Assembly: GCA_963727625.1 (NCBI GenBank)
Contig: CAVSHR010000004.1
Location: 416,001 to 480,000 of the forward strand
DNA length: 64,000 bases
Reading direction: 5' to 3'
Origin: an uncultured delta proteobacterium
GTDB taxonomy: Bacteria; Desulfobacterota; Binatia; UBA9968
Part shown: in pieces, positions 1 to 10,081 of the stretch
Layout of the letters: each line of letters opens with the position of its first letter
Numbering within the stretch: position 1 is the first letter of the stretch
Position numbers and translations under genes: made by a program
The notes under the pieces: model-generated
Told to the model about the DNA's origin: nothing
Seen by the model: the letters and a program-made list of their open reading frames with translations, nothing else
Database searches by the model: none

Positions 1-1105
1 TCCCACCGAGAAACATCAATGCCACACACAGGGCAATGATACGCGCCCTCCTGAGCGTGTAACGAGTATGCAGCCAGTCCCAAAACCACCACATACCCCA
101 TGCGACCCAACCTAGAGAAATGGGAACCGCCTGCAGAGCGTATCGCCGTTTGACATAAACCAACGCGAAACCAAATACATAAAATGCCACAAAGCCAACT
201 AGTAGCGTTTCTTGCCTATCGCCAAATCGGGCGCGGAACAACGAGAACAATCCGATCAACAAAAACGGCAGGTAAGAATAATGTAAGGCCTCCAAGTAAA
301 CCCAGACCGCAGGCAAAACATCAGAAGCAACTTTTTTGATATACACCACCGGATGCTGGTCGACCGTCAGAAGGAACCCCGCTTTTCGACTCAGCGCTCC
401 CCAATGCCCGGCATCGATACTCAAGTACACGATATATGGCAAAGCGAACAAGCAAAACCCCATGCAGAGTGCAACCACAGCGCGCGCGACGGAAGCAAAG
501 TCGTAGTCTTTCCAGACGGTCCAGCGGGCGGCAAGCATTCCTGGAATCAACGCCAAAAAGCCGATCGCCTCGGGCCGTACCAAATACGCATAACCGGCCA
601 CCAAACCGCCGGAAAAATAGCACGTCAATCGGTGCTCCTGAATCGCCCTCAAAAACAGATAAATCGCCGTAGTCGACAGGAACAGATACAAACTTTCCGT
701 TCGCACATGAACTGAATAAAGCACTAGGTAAGGACTGATTGCGGCCAGAAAGCCGACGAGCAGTGCCACCCTTTCATCGAAGACTTTGCGAAATATGCCG
801 TACAGCGGCAGCAATAATAGAACACCGAACAAAAGCGATAGAATCTGCCCTGTAAGCTCCCAGTCGTGGATCAGAGGATAAACCACGGCTATCAACGCTG
901 GATATCCCGGCGGATAATACGAGGCGAGCCCAGACTGAATATCGCCGTTATAAAAATTCTCGGCCGCTCGTAAATATCTTACCCCGTCGGAATTGATACA
1001 GTAATAACGTGCTAAGACAAACAACCTGACGGCTGCTGCCGCCAGTAGAGCGAGCGCGAATATCCGGCCGGCTTTCTCGCGCAAATGGTTTGAGTCATCC
1101 ATCAT
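1..1105 (-). CDS. GT39/ArnT-like (GT-C) membrane glycosyltransferase, 3' end beyond window
   Basis: Not in the ORF track. Manual translation from ATG at 1105 gives MMDDSNHLREKAGRIFALALLAAAAVRLFVLARYYCINSDGVRYLRAA...YYPPGYPALIA...LVRPEA, with multiple TM segments and an open frame to the window edge. Confidence 0.8.
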   Translation of the reverse strand, partial: MMDDSNHLREKAGRIFALALLAAAAVRLFVLARYYCINSDGVRYLRAAENFYNGDIQSGLASYYPPGYPALIAVVYPLIHDWELTGQILSLLFGVLLLLPLYGIFRKVFDERVALLVGFLAAISPYLVLYSVHVRTESLYLFLSTTAIYLFLRAIQEHRLTCYFSGGLVAGYAYLVRPEAIGFLALIPGMLAARWTVWKDYDFASVARAVVALCMGFCLFALPYIVYLSIDAGHWGALSRKAGFLLTVDQHPVVYIKKVASDVLPAVWVYLEALHYSYLPFLLIGLFSLFRARFGDRQETLLVGFVAFYVFGFALVYVKRRYALQAVPISLGWVAWGMWWFWDWLHTRYTLRRARIIALCVALMFLGG

Positions 1106-1976
1106 TTGAGCCGATTGAAAAAACCGTTTCCGCGCCTTTTTGAGCTTTGGTCCGGTCGACCTGCCGAGCGTGGCGCAGCACACCGATAATCCACGCCCGT
1201 TTGCGCCCACGGTCTAGGAACGAAGCACCCAAGTAACCCTCTAGAAAAGACAACTGTTGAGGCCTCGAAAGATATTTTCCCAAGGTGCGATATAACTGAA
1301 CCAGGTTTTTAACCCGGCGCCTCTTGGTCAAATGATTGCTACGCCGAACACCCTCGAGATCGAGGAGATAGAGCACACAGTCGGCGTCGCTACCCTGACT
1401 GACAGCGAGAATATTGGCGTCTTTCAGATCGTCATGGTAGATCCGCTCGGTGTGAAGCAAGCGAAATAACTCAGCCAATCGTTGGATAAACTGACGCCGG
1501 CATCGAAAACCATCGGGCCCCGCCCTGCCCTGTAGATTTTCAACCCAATAAGTATCGGCGGTTTTGCCTCCGGCGATTTCGTCGGAAATGAAAAAACTGT
1601 TTAGCAGGATACCGTACTTGCGTTTTTCTACCCCGGCCACTGGTCTAGCCGCCGCGATGCGTGCCCGTTGAAGAATCGCGGCGCCTTTGAGCGCGCGGAG
1701 CGCGCCGGATTGAAAAAACGGCGACAAGAACTTAAATCGTAGTGAAAATGAATTGTACCGCTTCACGTACAAGAAGCGCTCCCTGCCGGCAATGCTCAGC
1801 TTGAGCCATGCCACCTTGATCTTCCTCTGATCTTTGACAATTCGACAGGTCGGATTCTTGAATAAACCGTCGGCATCGGTGAGCACGTCGAGAAAATCCT
1901 TGTCGGCAACGTCGCGGTCAACCCATAGAGCGAAGCCGCCCTGCTGGCGCAAGACAAAGTTAGGAGGCAGGACCAT
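1095..1976 (-). CDS. Lipopolysaccharide kinase, Kdo/WaaP/InaA family
   Basis: YVKRY, HDDLKDANIL catalytic loop, LLDLE, KNLVQL motifs. Start placed at the ATG overlapping the GT4 stop. Confidence 0.85.
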   Translation of the reverse strand: MVLPPNFVLRQQGGFALWVDRDVADKDFLDVLTDADGLFKNPTCRIVKDQRKIKVAWLKLSIAGRERFLYVKRYNSFSLRFKFLSPFFQSGALRALKGAAILQRARIAAARPVAGVEKRKYGILLNSFFISDEIAGGKTADTYWVENLQGRAGPDGFRCRRQFIQRLAELFRLLHTERIYHDDLKDANILAVSQGSDADCVLYLLDLEGVRRSNHLTKRRRVKNLVQLYRTLGKYLSRPQQLSFLEGYLGASFLDRGRKRAWIIGVLRHARQVDRTKAQKGAETVFSIGSNDG

Positions 1977-3114
1977 GCGCGACTCGACAGCTTTGACCGA
2001 GTATGGCATCGAGCTTGGTAAAGTGATGTTTCCACGAATGCTCCTCGCCAAGCTTGCGGGCCGCCTCAGACCAAGTCGGATCCGCCGATTTGCCCAGAAG
2101 CAAGATCAGCTTTGCTTCCAGCTCCGCGGGGTCGTCAGCCCGCTCGATGACACCGAGCGCCAACGGGCCCTGAAGGACTTCAGCCGCGCCGACCTCACGG
2201 CTCACTAACACGGGTAATCCGGACGCCAGCGCCTCGAGCACGACGTTGCCAAAGGCCTCTTGGAGCGCCGGCAACGCTACCAAGTCCGCAGCAGCATAGT
2301 AGTTCTCGACATCTTCTTGACGTCCGGCGAGGATTATTCTCCCCGGGGCAACAGCTTCACCCCAGGCCTGATAGCGATCGAGCCTGGCGTCGGCACCGAC
2401 TACCAAAAGGAAAACTCGCTCCAACCCCGGTGACTTCCATACAGAGAGAAGCCGGTCCAGGCCCTTGCGTCGAAAGCCGCTGCCGATGAACAAAACCAGT
2501 GGCGCATCAAAGGGGATATTCCAGCGATTTCTCACCTGATCGCGCGCTTGACTGCGTCGGGCCGGATGAAAGCGGCGACTGTCGACACCGTTATACAGAA
2601 CGTGAATTTTATCCCGCGGCACTCCATAATGCTCGGCAATGTCCCGTTTCACCTCGGCCGAAACCGCGATGATGATTCGACAGCCCGTCTTTCCGAACTG
2701 CCGCTTTTCCAGGGCCAGCACGCTCCGATGATAAATACTGAGTCGTTGCCAAAGACGGCGTCGCCAGCCGCCTTCCCTGCCCAAACGTTCGAGAAAGCCG
2801 CGATGGGTACCGCCGCCGCTGCGCAGCACGTCCTGGCGCAATAGCCGGCCGAAACTTACCACCACATCGCACGCCGGCGCTTTACAAATCACCCGAGGGG
2901 CGAACCATGCGAAACTCCATAGGCGCAATGTCCTGCCAAGCGGCACGACCGGTACCGTGTGAACGAAGACATGTTCGGGCGGCTCGACGGCAAACTCGCT
3001 GCAAAAGAGGTGCACCTCGTGGCCTGAATCTCGCAACCCCACGGCGGTTTGAAACAAGTCCCTTTCGGTGCCACCGCTTAGGTCGAGCCGTTTATGGACG
3101 AGCGCCACTTTCAT
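1960..3114 (-). CDS. GT4 glycosyltransferase (WaaG/RfaG-like LPS core)
   Basis: GGTER N-terminal motif, RKGLD, EAFGNVVLEALASGLPV. Confidence 0.9.
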   Translation of the reverse strand: MKVALVHKRLDLSGGTERDLFQTAVGLRDSGHEVHLFCSEFAVEPPEHVFVHTVPVVPLGRTLRLWSFAWFAPRVICKAPACDVVVSFGRLLRQDVLRSGGGTHRGFLERLGREGGWRRRLWQRLSIYHRSVLALEKRQFGKTGCRIIIAVSAEVKRDIAEHYGVPRDKIHVLYNGVDSRRFHPARRSQARDQVRNRWNIPFDAPLVLFIGSGFRRKGLDRLLSVWKSPGLERVFLLVVGADARLDRYQAWGEAVAPGRIILAGRQEDVENYYAAADLVALPALQEAFGNVVLEALASGLPVLVSREVGAAEVLQGPLALGVIERADDPAELEAKLILLLGKSADPTWSEAARKLGEEHSWKHHFTKLDAILGQSCRVAHGPAS

Positions 3115-3799
3115 GCCATGATCCCATGCTGGCTACCATGACCCATGACGCTGGAAGCAGTATCGAGGATGAATAAACTCAGAACCGCTCCAAGGGGAGA
3201 TGGCCGACGTACGGCGTTATGCTCACTGGGCTCTTTTTGGATCAAATATCAAACCTATTGATGTTTGCATAATATTGTGAGGCGTTGAAACAGTTTTTCA
3301 CCTGCACATATCGCCCGCATTTGAGTCTCTATAATTCGCAAAGCTTAATAATGCCGTATCCTAACCCACGATTATACGAAAGATCGGACCGCAATGCCGT
3401 CGCTCCGTGGTAGAACCGGGACAAACCGAATGGAAGGTAGAGGCCGATGGAATCCGAAAAGGAAAACGTACTGCCTCGGGCTTGCTGGACGCCAAATTGG
3501 CCACCAGCGAGGTCCGGGCTCGCTTTGATCAATGTAGCGAACGCGCGATTAATTCAGTGAGCGCAAGCCAGCGCGATAGCCGCCGCCGATCAGCTCAAAA
3601 TCTTTGCAGTCCTGATCCAGCCAGTTATCGAGAGTTTGAGACAGGAATCGCGCGTGATTGTAAACGGCGGTGACAACGAATAGATCGCAGATCTTGGCAT
3701 GATGTTAAAGTATCTAGCTCCGCCTGGCCACGCCTAATTATCCGACTAGGGTGCTAGATTTTTCACGATACGGCCTTCGATATTGTAGGACTCTCGTAT

Positions 3800-4585
3800 T
3801 TACGCCAGCAGGCAGTAAAGGCCGAAGCAGAAACAGCTACTCACGAGGTTGGCCAAAACCCGTAGTGAAATCGAGTCTTTTACCGGATCAGATTCGCTGA
3901 GTTTTAACAGCTCCTGGTACTGCCGCACGGTCGCCGGAAATCGCTCCGCCAGTTGGAAATCGATTTGTTCCTTCTTCGCGCGATCAACCTTTTCTACGTT
4001 CATCCCTTCTTCCGGATACCAGGGATTGTACACCGGCCCATCCAACATTCGATCCTGATATTCCACGCCAAGAAATGCCGCGACCCGTTTCATAGTATTC
4101 TCGGGGTGTAAGACCAGTTCTTCAAAAGAAACGATCAGAAACTGCTCTGGATAGCGTGTCTTGAGCTCGTGCAAGATTTCAATGGCACGGCACCATCGGT
4201 AGGCCGCGCCGCGAAAGCTCTTGCGGCCCCGGCGCATGCCTGAGGAAATGACATCGTTGCCGCCGCGAATGAGGCCGATTACTTGGCTTTGCGGAAGGTT
4301 CAGATAGTCCTCGATGGAATACACGGATTTTTGATACTCTCGCGTCAACCCGATTTTCTTCCAAAGACGTAAATGTAGAGGATGCCGGCGTTTGATTTCG
4401 ATTTGATTCGGAATGCACCGCTTGTTACCCACGATGGCAACACCGAGCAAGCGTCGCATCGCCACGCCCTTATCTTCATTGAGGATTCCGATTTCCGTAT
4501 GCCGGCCGATCATGGTCGCAAGCAAAGTGGTCCCCGAACGGGGAGCGCCGATGATGAGCAGATGACGTCTATTCAACAAGAGCAA
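3800..4585 (-). CDS. PAPS-dependent sulfotransferase
   Basis: 5'-PSB loop IIGAPRSGTTLL, R..DV.SS, FEELVLHPE. AAGGA RBS before the TTG start. Confidence 0.8.
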   Translation of the reverse strand: MLLLNRRHLLIIGAPRSGTTLLATMIGRHTEIGILNEDKGVAMRRLLGVAIVGNKRCIPNQIEIKRRHPLHLRLWKKIGLTREYQKSVYSIEDYLNLPQSQVIGLIRGGNDVISSGMRRGRKSFRGAAYRWCRAIEILHELKTRYPEQFLIVSFEELVLHPENTMKRVAAFLGVEYQDRMLDGPVYNPWYPEEGMNVEKVDRAKKEQIDFQLAERFPATVRQYQELLKLSESDPVKDSISLRVLANLVSSCFCFGLYCLLA

Positions 4586-5093
4586 TATCCTTTCTTAAAA
4601 TCGGGATATCTCAAAGTCGGAAGATTCACGTGAAGGGACAATCAATTGTTACGTTGAAATGGATTACGTCCAAGTTTTTTTATATACCTTACTCGTTATT
4701 TTGTTTGCAACGATGGGCAACCAGCCAACGACACGGCGATCTCTTGCGTCGCCACGGCCAGTGAGTCGTATGATCCCGCTCGACCCGGCTCCGCGCCCCG
4801 ACCATCTTTCGCGCGTGAATGAACCCGAATTGCTAATTTGGAAAATCAGGAGGCGGTGATCATAAATCTTCAACCCTACACCAGAACCACCCGCTAGTTT
4901 CTCTTCCTCAGCCAGGCGTCAAGAAAGCCATGGTCTGCGGCGCCCTCCAATCTGTGGCAACCACCTCAGAAGTTATTCGCTCAGGGTTCCGCCGTGTGAC
5001 CGCCACCGAAGCTCAAATCCAGTATGAATTTTCCTGCGCCCTTCTCCGACAACCACGCCTCCGAGACCCCATCCTTGATCCACGAATTGGGCA

Positions 5094-5987
5094 TTATCCG
5101 GCTCTCTCAAGAGACTTTTTTGCTGATGGTAAATTGTTTGACCAACGCATAATTCTTCTGAAATCTCCCGCCGGGGAAATGCCATCACACTCTTTGCGTC
5201 GCTGGCGGGTCTTTCGTTCGAACCAGAGCGCAAGCCTGCGATCGCTCGCGGTAAACCCTTTATGTTGCAGGTAAACACAAAAAAAACGCATGCGGTCCTG
5301 CAAGGTAATTCCGGGCAGAGGCAGACGATTCAATTGAATCAGGTTGCGCTTCCAAAGCGATTGCGGAAACCAGCGCGGATAGCGCCGGGTCCGGTCGTTG
5401 TCCATAAAAACGAAAATTAGATTGTGCTCATCTCGCCGATTGACGAAAACATTCGTCGCCACCAGGTCACCGTGAACAAAGCCGCTTTCATGAAAACGCC
5501 GGATCGTAGCGGCGAGCTGACGCAGGCCGGCGCGTTTCGCCCTTAATTCTTCAATACTAAGACCGTGCTCAGCTAAATCGCGAAGAAAAGCCGGCACGCC
5601 CTTCCCCTCAACCTTTTGACTGACGATGAACCCCCGGCGAAAGCCGCCGAAGCGCCGCTGCTCGCCAGCCGCTACGGTTAGTGGCACATTAAATCCGGCT
5701 TCGGACAACGCCACTCCCTGGCGCCAAGCCTGCAAAGCCTTGGAGCATCTAAACCAATTTTTCCATGCCGCGCTACCCTTGATTGGGTGAAAAATTTTAA
5801 GGAATAAATCGAGATTGCTCCCGCCCATTGAAGACGGAACGGAGAGCGTTTGCGGATGTTTTGCCCAAGGCTGCTGATTGACCAGCGCCGTGACTCGCTT
5901 TTGCAACTCGTCGTTCCAGGCGCCAGGGTGGACCACCAGTCGCCATTCTCCCAACTCCAACCACCTATATTCAGTCTCGGCGTGCAT
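5094..5987 (-). CDS. Lipopolysaccharide kinase, Kdo/WaaP/InaA family
   Basis: LFLKIF, HGDLVATNVF, FMDNDR, RNLIQL. Start ATG 5987 overlaps the upstream GT9 end. Confidence 0.85.
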   Translation of the reverse strand: MHAETEYRWLELGEWRLVVHPGAWNDELQKRVTALVNQQPWAKHPQTLSVPSSMGGSNLDLFLKIFHPIKGSAAWKNWFRCSKALQAWRQGVALSEAGFNVPLTVAAGEQRRFGGFRRGFIVSQKVEGKGVPAFLRDLAEHGLSIEELRAKRAGLRQLAATIRRFHESGFVHGDLVATNVFVNRRDEHNLIFVFMDNDRTRRYPRWFPQSLWKRNLIQLNRLPLPGITLQDRMRFFCVYLQHKGFTASDRRLALWFERKTRQRRKECDGISPAGDFRRIMRWSNNLPSAKKSLERAG

Positions 5988-7032
5988 GGGCGGCGGGATC
6001 TTCGGCGTAATTTCTGAGAGCAAGGTCGACCTTGGCGCTGATTTGCTCGGCGGTAATAGATTGCAGACATATCCGGCCGATCGAGCAGGTTCTGCGGTTA
6101 CAAGGAGCGCAGGCTGCCTGTCCTTGCAGCACATAGTCCTCGAACCCATAAGGTCCGGTTCGATGCGGGCTGGTCGCGCCCCAGAGCGAAATGACCGGCG
6201 TCTGCACCGCCGCGGCGATATGCATCAAGCCGGTGTCCGGGCCAAGAGCGATTTTCGCCCGTTCAATTATGCCGATCGCATGGCGCAGCGTTGTCTGCCC
6301 GACGAGATTGGTCACGGTGGCGCCTAGCGTTTCGACTTGCTGAGCCAAATCCTGATCTTCTTTGCCGCCCAGCAATACGACGTCGAGCCCATGCTCGCGG
6401 CGCAGTTGCGCGGCACATTGAGCCATCTGGGTGGGAAACCACTGTTTACTCTGCCAGCGCGCGCCGACAAAAAACACCGCAAATTTGCGGCTAGTTTTGC
6501 TGAGTTGACAGTCGACTCCGGCCCGTTCCTCGGCACTAAGATTAAATCGCCACTCTAAGGGTGCGCGCGGAATCTCCATGTAGTCGATAAACTTAAGATA
6601 GTGTTCGAGTTTTGCAATCTCATCGCCGTATCGCGGGATATGCAAATTATTAAAAAGCCAATTGCCTTCCTTGCTGTCGCGCGGGTGAAAGCCAATTCGA
6701 TGAGGCGCGCCGGACCAGCGGCTAATGATGCCACTTTTCAAATGCCGTTGCAGATCGAGCACCAGGTCAAACCGGCCAGCGCGGATGCGCGCTAAAAACG
6801 TCGCCCAAGTTTTCCGCCAGTGCGCCCGGTCGAACAGCAAAATCTCGTCGATAGCGTCGTTTCCCTGCAGCAACGGAAATGCCGCCGGCTCCACGGACCA
6901 GGCGAGGAACACACTGGGAAAGGCTCGACGCAGCAAATTCGCCAGCGGCAACCCTCGGGTCACGTCGCCGATGGAGCCGAACAGAACGATTAGAATTCGT
7001 TTTGGGTCGAATTTAGGCGTCCGAGCCTCCAT
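5971..7032 (-). CDS. GT9 heptosyltransferase (WaaC/WaaF-like)
   Basis: SIGDV, DLQRHLKS, DTGLMHIAAA, CAPC..C..C motifs. Confidence 0.88.
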   Translation of the reverse strand: MEARTPKFDPKRILIVLFGSIGDVTRGLPLANLLRRAFPSVFLAWSVEPAAFPLLQGNDAIDEILLFDRAHWRKTWATFLARIRAGRFDLVLDLQRHLKSGIISRWSGAPHRIGFHPRDSKEGNWLFNNLHIPRYGDEIAKLEHYLKFIDYMEIPRAPLEWRFNLSAEERAGVDCQLSKTSRKFAVFFVGARWQSKQWFPTQMAQCAAQLRREHGLDVVLLGGKEDQDLAQQVETLGATVTNLVGQTTLRHAIGIIERAKIALGPDTGLMHIAAAVQTPVISLWGATSPHRTGPYGFEDYVLQGQAACAPCNRRTCSIGRICLQSITAEQISAKVDLALRNYAEDPAAHARRD

Positions 7033-7834
7033 GATAAAAATCGAGAAATTCATTCCATGCTGCGGCGGTCAAATAGCGCCGCGCCGGATCGAGCCTGCGC
7101 GCCGAACGCAGCAACCGGTTCAAGTTTTTGTTGGCCAGCTCGGGCGACAGCTTGCCTAAAAAAAGCCGCGCCTTATCGAAGTCGATCACATAGCCTTCTA
7201 CGCCGCTGCCGTTGACGCGAATCAAGATATTTTTTAGGTTTAAATCCGCGTGATAAATTCCTTCGCGATGCATTGTACGCAAGGCATCGGCCGCGGCTTT
7301 TAAAATCACTTGAACGCCGATGTGTTGAACCAAATCGCCTTGCAAAGCCGCCCACAGGTCGCTTGCGTCGCGTAGCTCCCGCGTCATCAGCCAGCCGCGG
7401 TAAAATGGCCCGCCGACGCGCCGCACACAGGCTGCATACACTTCGACGGTGCGCAGTCCCCGCCGACGCAGTTCTTCGGTAATCGCAAGCTCGCGAAACG
7501 GCCGAGGCGGCCAGGTAAAAAACCACTCCCGTGTAAAGCCGCGTAATAGTCCGCCATGGCGGTAGCTGCGCACGAGCGCAGTTTCGCCGTCGCGTAGGCG
7601 AATCGCCTGTAGGGCGGCGCGCCCTTGATACTCCCGCTGCTCTGCGCTCGAGGGATTGTCGCGGCAGATCGAACAGTCGATTTCTCCCGCGCGATCTTGG
7701 CGAACGATCAGACGATTGCCCTGGGGATCGGTCATTTTTCTAAAACCTTCGGGCACGGCGCCCCAGATCATTTTTTCCGTTAACATTCTTTCCAGCACGG
7801 CGGCAACCATACAGATTCGGCGGAATCTCCGCAT
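7013..7834 (-). CDS. Kdo kinase (KdkA-like)
   Basis: RSYRHGGLL, HADLNLKNIL, IDFDKA, NLNRLLRS are typical of KdkA. Start uncertain (7834/7810/7786). Confidence 0.82.
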   Translation of the reverse strand: MRRFRRICMVAAVLERMLTEKMIWGAVPEGFRKMTDPQGNRLIVRQDRAGEIDCSICRDNPSSAEQREYQGRAALQAIRLRDGETALVRSYRHGGLLRGFTREWFFTWPPRPFRELAITEELRRRGLRTVEVYAACVRRVGGPFYRGWLMTRELRDASDLWAALQGDLVQHIGVQVILKAAADALRTMHREGIYHADLNLKNILIRVNGSGVEGYVIDFDKARLFLGKLSPELANKNLNRLLRSARRLDPARRYLTAAAWNEFLDFYHGGSDA

Positions 7835-7846
7835 TATCCGACGGCG

Positions 7847-8947
7847 TCAGAGGGTCATAAATTCCGGTTGGAAAGACACCGTCAGCGAAAGGATACTGCG
7901 TTTTTCACGGCCGAGCAGTTTTTCGACCGCGCGCAACACCGCATCCGGGGTAATTCCCCTTATGCAGTCCTCCGTACCCAGGGGACATCGCCGCCCGCCG
8001 TGGGAACCACAGGGCCGGCAGGAAAGATTTTTTTGCACGACGATCGCATCGTTGGAATAGGGATAAAAACCGAGCTCCGGCGTGGTGGCGCAAAATAGCG
8101 CGACGGTGGGAATTTTGCGCGCTACCGCGATATGCATGGGAGCGCTGTCATTGGTGATAAAAACCCGGCATCGACTAATCGCCGCCGCCAGCTCGCGCAA
8201 TCCGATTCGCCCCACCAAATTGACCGCCGCACCGCCGCAGCGTCCTTGAATATCCTCGACGACGCCGGCATCCTCGGCGCCGCCGAAGAGCAGAACCTGA
8301 CAATCGTACTTGAGGCGCAGTAGCCGAATCAGCGCCGCGAATCCGGTCGTCGACCAGCGTTTTGTCGGCCAGACCGAACCGGGGCTAAGACCGACGATGA
8401 AATCATTTTCAGTGACGCCAAGAGCGCGCAGCTTTTGCTCCACCGTGTCTCGCGCGGCCACGCTAACCGGCAATTCGACGGCGCGTTGGCATTGTTCGGG
8501 GAGCAAACCGAAAACTCGCAAGACCGAGAGATTTCGCTCGACATCATGAAGCGTCGGATTGCGCTCGGCCCGCTGCTGAAACAAAAACCAGCCGCGGCTC
8601 TCACGAAAGCCGATTCTGTGGGGGATTGCGGCGAAGTATAGGATCAATGCGCTGCGCAGGGATTTGTGCGGTGTCAGCGCCAGGGTAAATTTCTTTTCTT
8701 TCAATCGGTCGGCCGTGCGGCGCAGCCCCCGCCAACCGCGATCGGCATTTCGCTTGTCGTCCGTGATAATCTCGTCGATGGCTGGATGATCCGCTAACAG
8801 CTCCCCGCTCAGGGGCAGACATAACACGCTTAGTTTTTTTACCGGAAAACGGCGCCGTACTTCGCTGATCAGCGGCAGCGTCAGCACCGTGTCGCCGAGA
8901 AAACTCGTTTGCAGGATCAGAACGTTTTGCCAGCTGACCGGTGCCAT
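7847..8947 (-). CDS. waaF: Lipopolysaccharide heptosyltransferase II
   Basis: GT9 motifs FLGDTVL, PGSVWPTKRW, NDSAPMHIA, CRPCGSHG..CP. Confidence 0.85.
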   Translation of the reverse strand: MAPVSWQNVLILQTSFLGDTVLTLPLISEVRRRFPVKKLSVLCLPLSGELLADHPAIDEIITDDKRNADRGWRGLRRTADRLKEKKFTLALTPHKSLRSALILYFAAIPHRIGFRESRGWFLFQQRAERNPTLHDVERNLSVLRVFGLLPEQCQRAVELPVSVAARDTVEQKLRALGVTENDFIVGLSPGSVWPTKRWSTTGFAALIRLLRLKYDCQVLLFGGAEDAGVVEDIQGRCGGAAVNLVGRIGLRELAAAISRCRVFITNDSAPMHIAVARKIPTVALFCATTPELGFYPYSNDAIVVQKNLSCRPCGSHGGRRCPLGTEDCIRGITPDAVLRAVEKLLGREKRSILSLTVSFQPEFMTL

Positions 8948-8953
8948 ACCCGC

Positions 8954-9121
8954 TTATAGGTGAATCGCTTCATCGATCAGCATCACCGGGATGTCGTCTT
9001 TGATCGGATAGAGCAACCGGCAAGCATCGCAGACCAGCCCGTCGTGGGTCTGGTTGAGATGGATATCCCCCTTGCACTTCGGACAGGCGAGGATATCCAA
9101 GAGTTCTTTGCTGATAGCCAT
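8954..9121 (-). CDS. Trm112/YcaR family small protein (55 aa)
   Basis: Missed by the ORF track. Translates to MAISKELLDILACPKCKGDIHLNQTHDGLVCDACRLLYPIKDDIPVMLIDEAIHL, with an AGGAGG RBS. Confidence 0.92.
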   Translation of the reverse strand: MAISKELLDILACPKCKGDIHLNQTHDGLVCDACRLLYPIKDDIPVMLIDEAIHL

Positions 9122-9220
9122 CGGTATTCCTCCTAGACTTGCGGCTCGAGTCGCCGGACAAATTTTTGCTGGGTAACTGGCGGTAATTGTAGCCCGTACT
9201 CTGGGCTGCTCAATCGCCGT

Positions 9221-10081
9221 TCAGCGCTGGAACGGCACGAAAGCGTCCCAACCGCGCCGGTAGCTACGCTGGGACTGGATCGGATCGCGGTTGACGAACG
9301 GCCGGTAATACATGGGATGGCGCAGGCTTCGGACCTCATGCTCCAGCGCGAATTGCGGCGCGCCGTCTTTCGGATCGACGATGTCTTTAAATCGAAATTG
9401 ATGATTGCGCACATCTTCGGAAATCAGGCCGCGGTTCATGAGATAACCGTAGGGCCCGGAAAAGTTCGCCACATAAATCGCGACGTGATGACCGTCGTAT
9501 GGCGCCAGCGGCTTATCGCTCTCGCGAAAGCGTAAAGACTGCACGCGGCCAATCTTGACACGACCGAAGTCGCCCACGGCATCGCGCTCGACGGCCACCG
9601 GCGCTTGAAAAACGGATTCATAGAAGCTCAAGATCGGCGCCATGGCGCCCGGCCGCACGAAAAATTCAACCCAGGGTATTCCCAGATTCATATCGCCGAA
9701 CGCGGCCTGGTTGGGGTAACAGCGATACTGATTGCCCCACGGGCAGGTCGCCGCGATGTGATCAGCGCAGCGCTCGAAAGTAAAATGCGTATCCTTGAGT
9801 CCGTCCGCAACCGATTTAAGACGCGCCTCGAGGGCATTGAGATCCGGCACCACCACGCCGATGTGACCATCGATGACCTGGGCTTTTCGCGTCGGCAGGT
9901 GAAACTGCTGTTCGCCGACATTGATCCACATATTATTCAATCCCACGGTCAAATAAGGATCCCGCGTAAACCCCATTCCGACGACGTAAAATAGAATAGC
10001 CAGGGACTGATCGGGCACCTGAACGTTGATATGTTCGAGGGATATGATATTGCCGACATCTTCTTCGATGTATGCGTTCAT
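9221..10081 (-). CDS. VOC/glyoxalase-superfamily protein (two-domain)
   Basis: LEHINV, QFHLP, HHVAIY, LEHEVRS pattern of paired beta-alpha-beta-beta-beta modules. Confidence 0.72.
   Translation of the reverse strand: MNAYIEEDVGNIISLEHINVQVPDQSLAILFYVVGMGFTRDPYLTVGLNNMWINVGEQQFHLPTRKAQVIDGHIGVVVPDLNALEARLKSVADGLKDTHFTFERCADHIAATCPWGNQYRCYPNQAAFGDMNLGIPWVEFFVRPGAMAPILSFYESVFQAPVAVERDAVGDFGRVKIGRVQSLRFRESDKPLAPYDGHHVAIYVANFSGPYGYLMNRGLISEDVRNHQFRFKDIVDPKDGAPQFALEHEVRSLRHPMYYRPFVNRDPIQSQRSYRRGWDAFVPFQR

Noticed and set aside
3407-3673. 88-aa ORF in the LPS cluster gap
   Set aside because: No RBS, motif or family resemblance.
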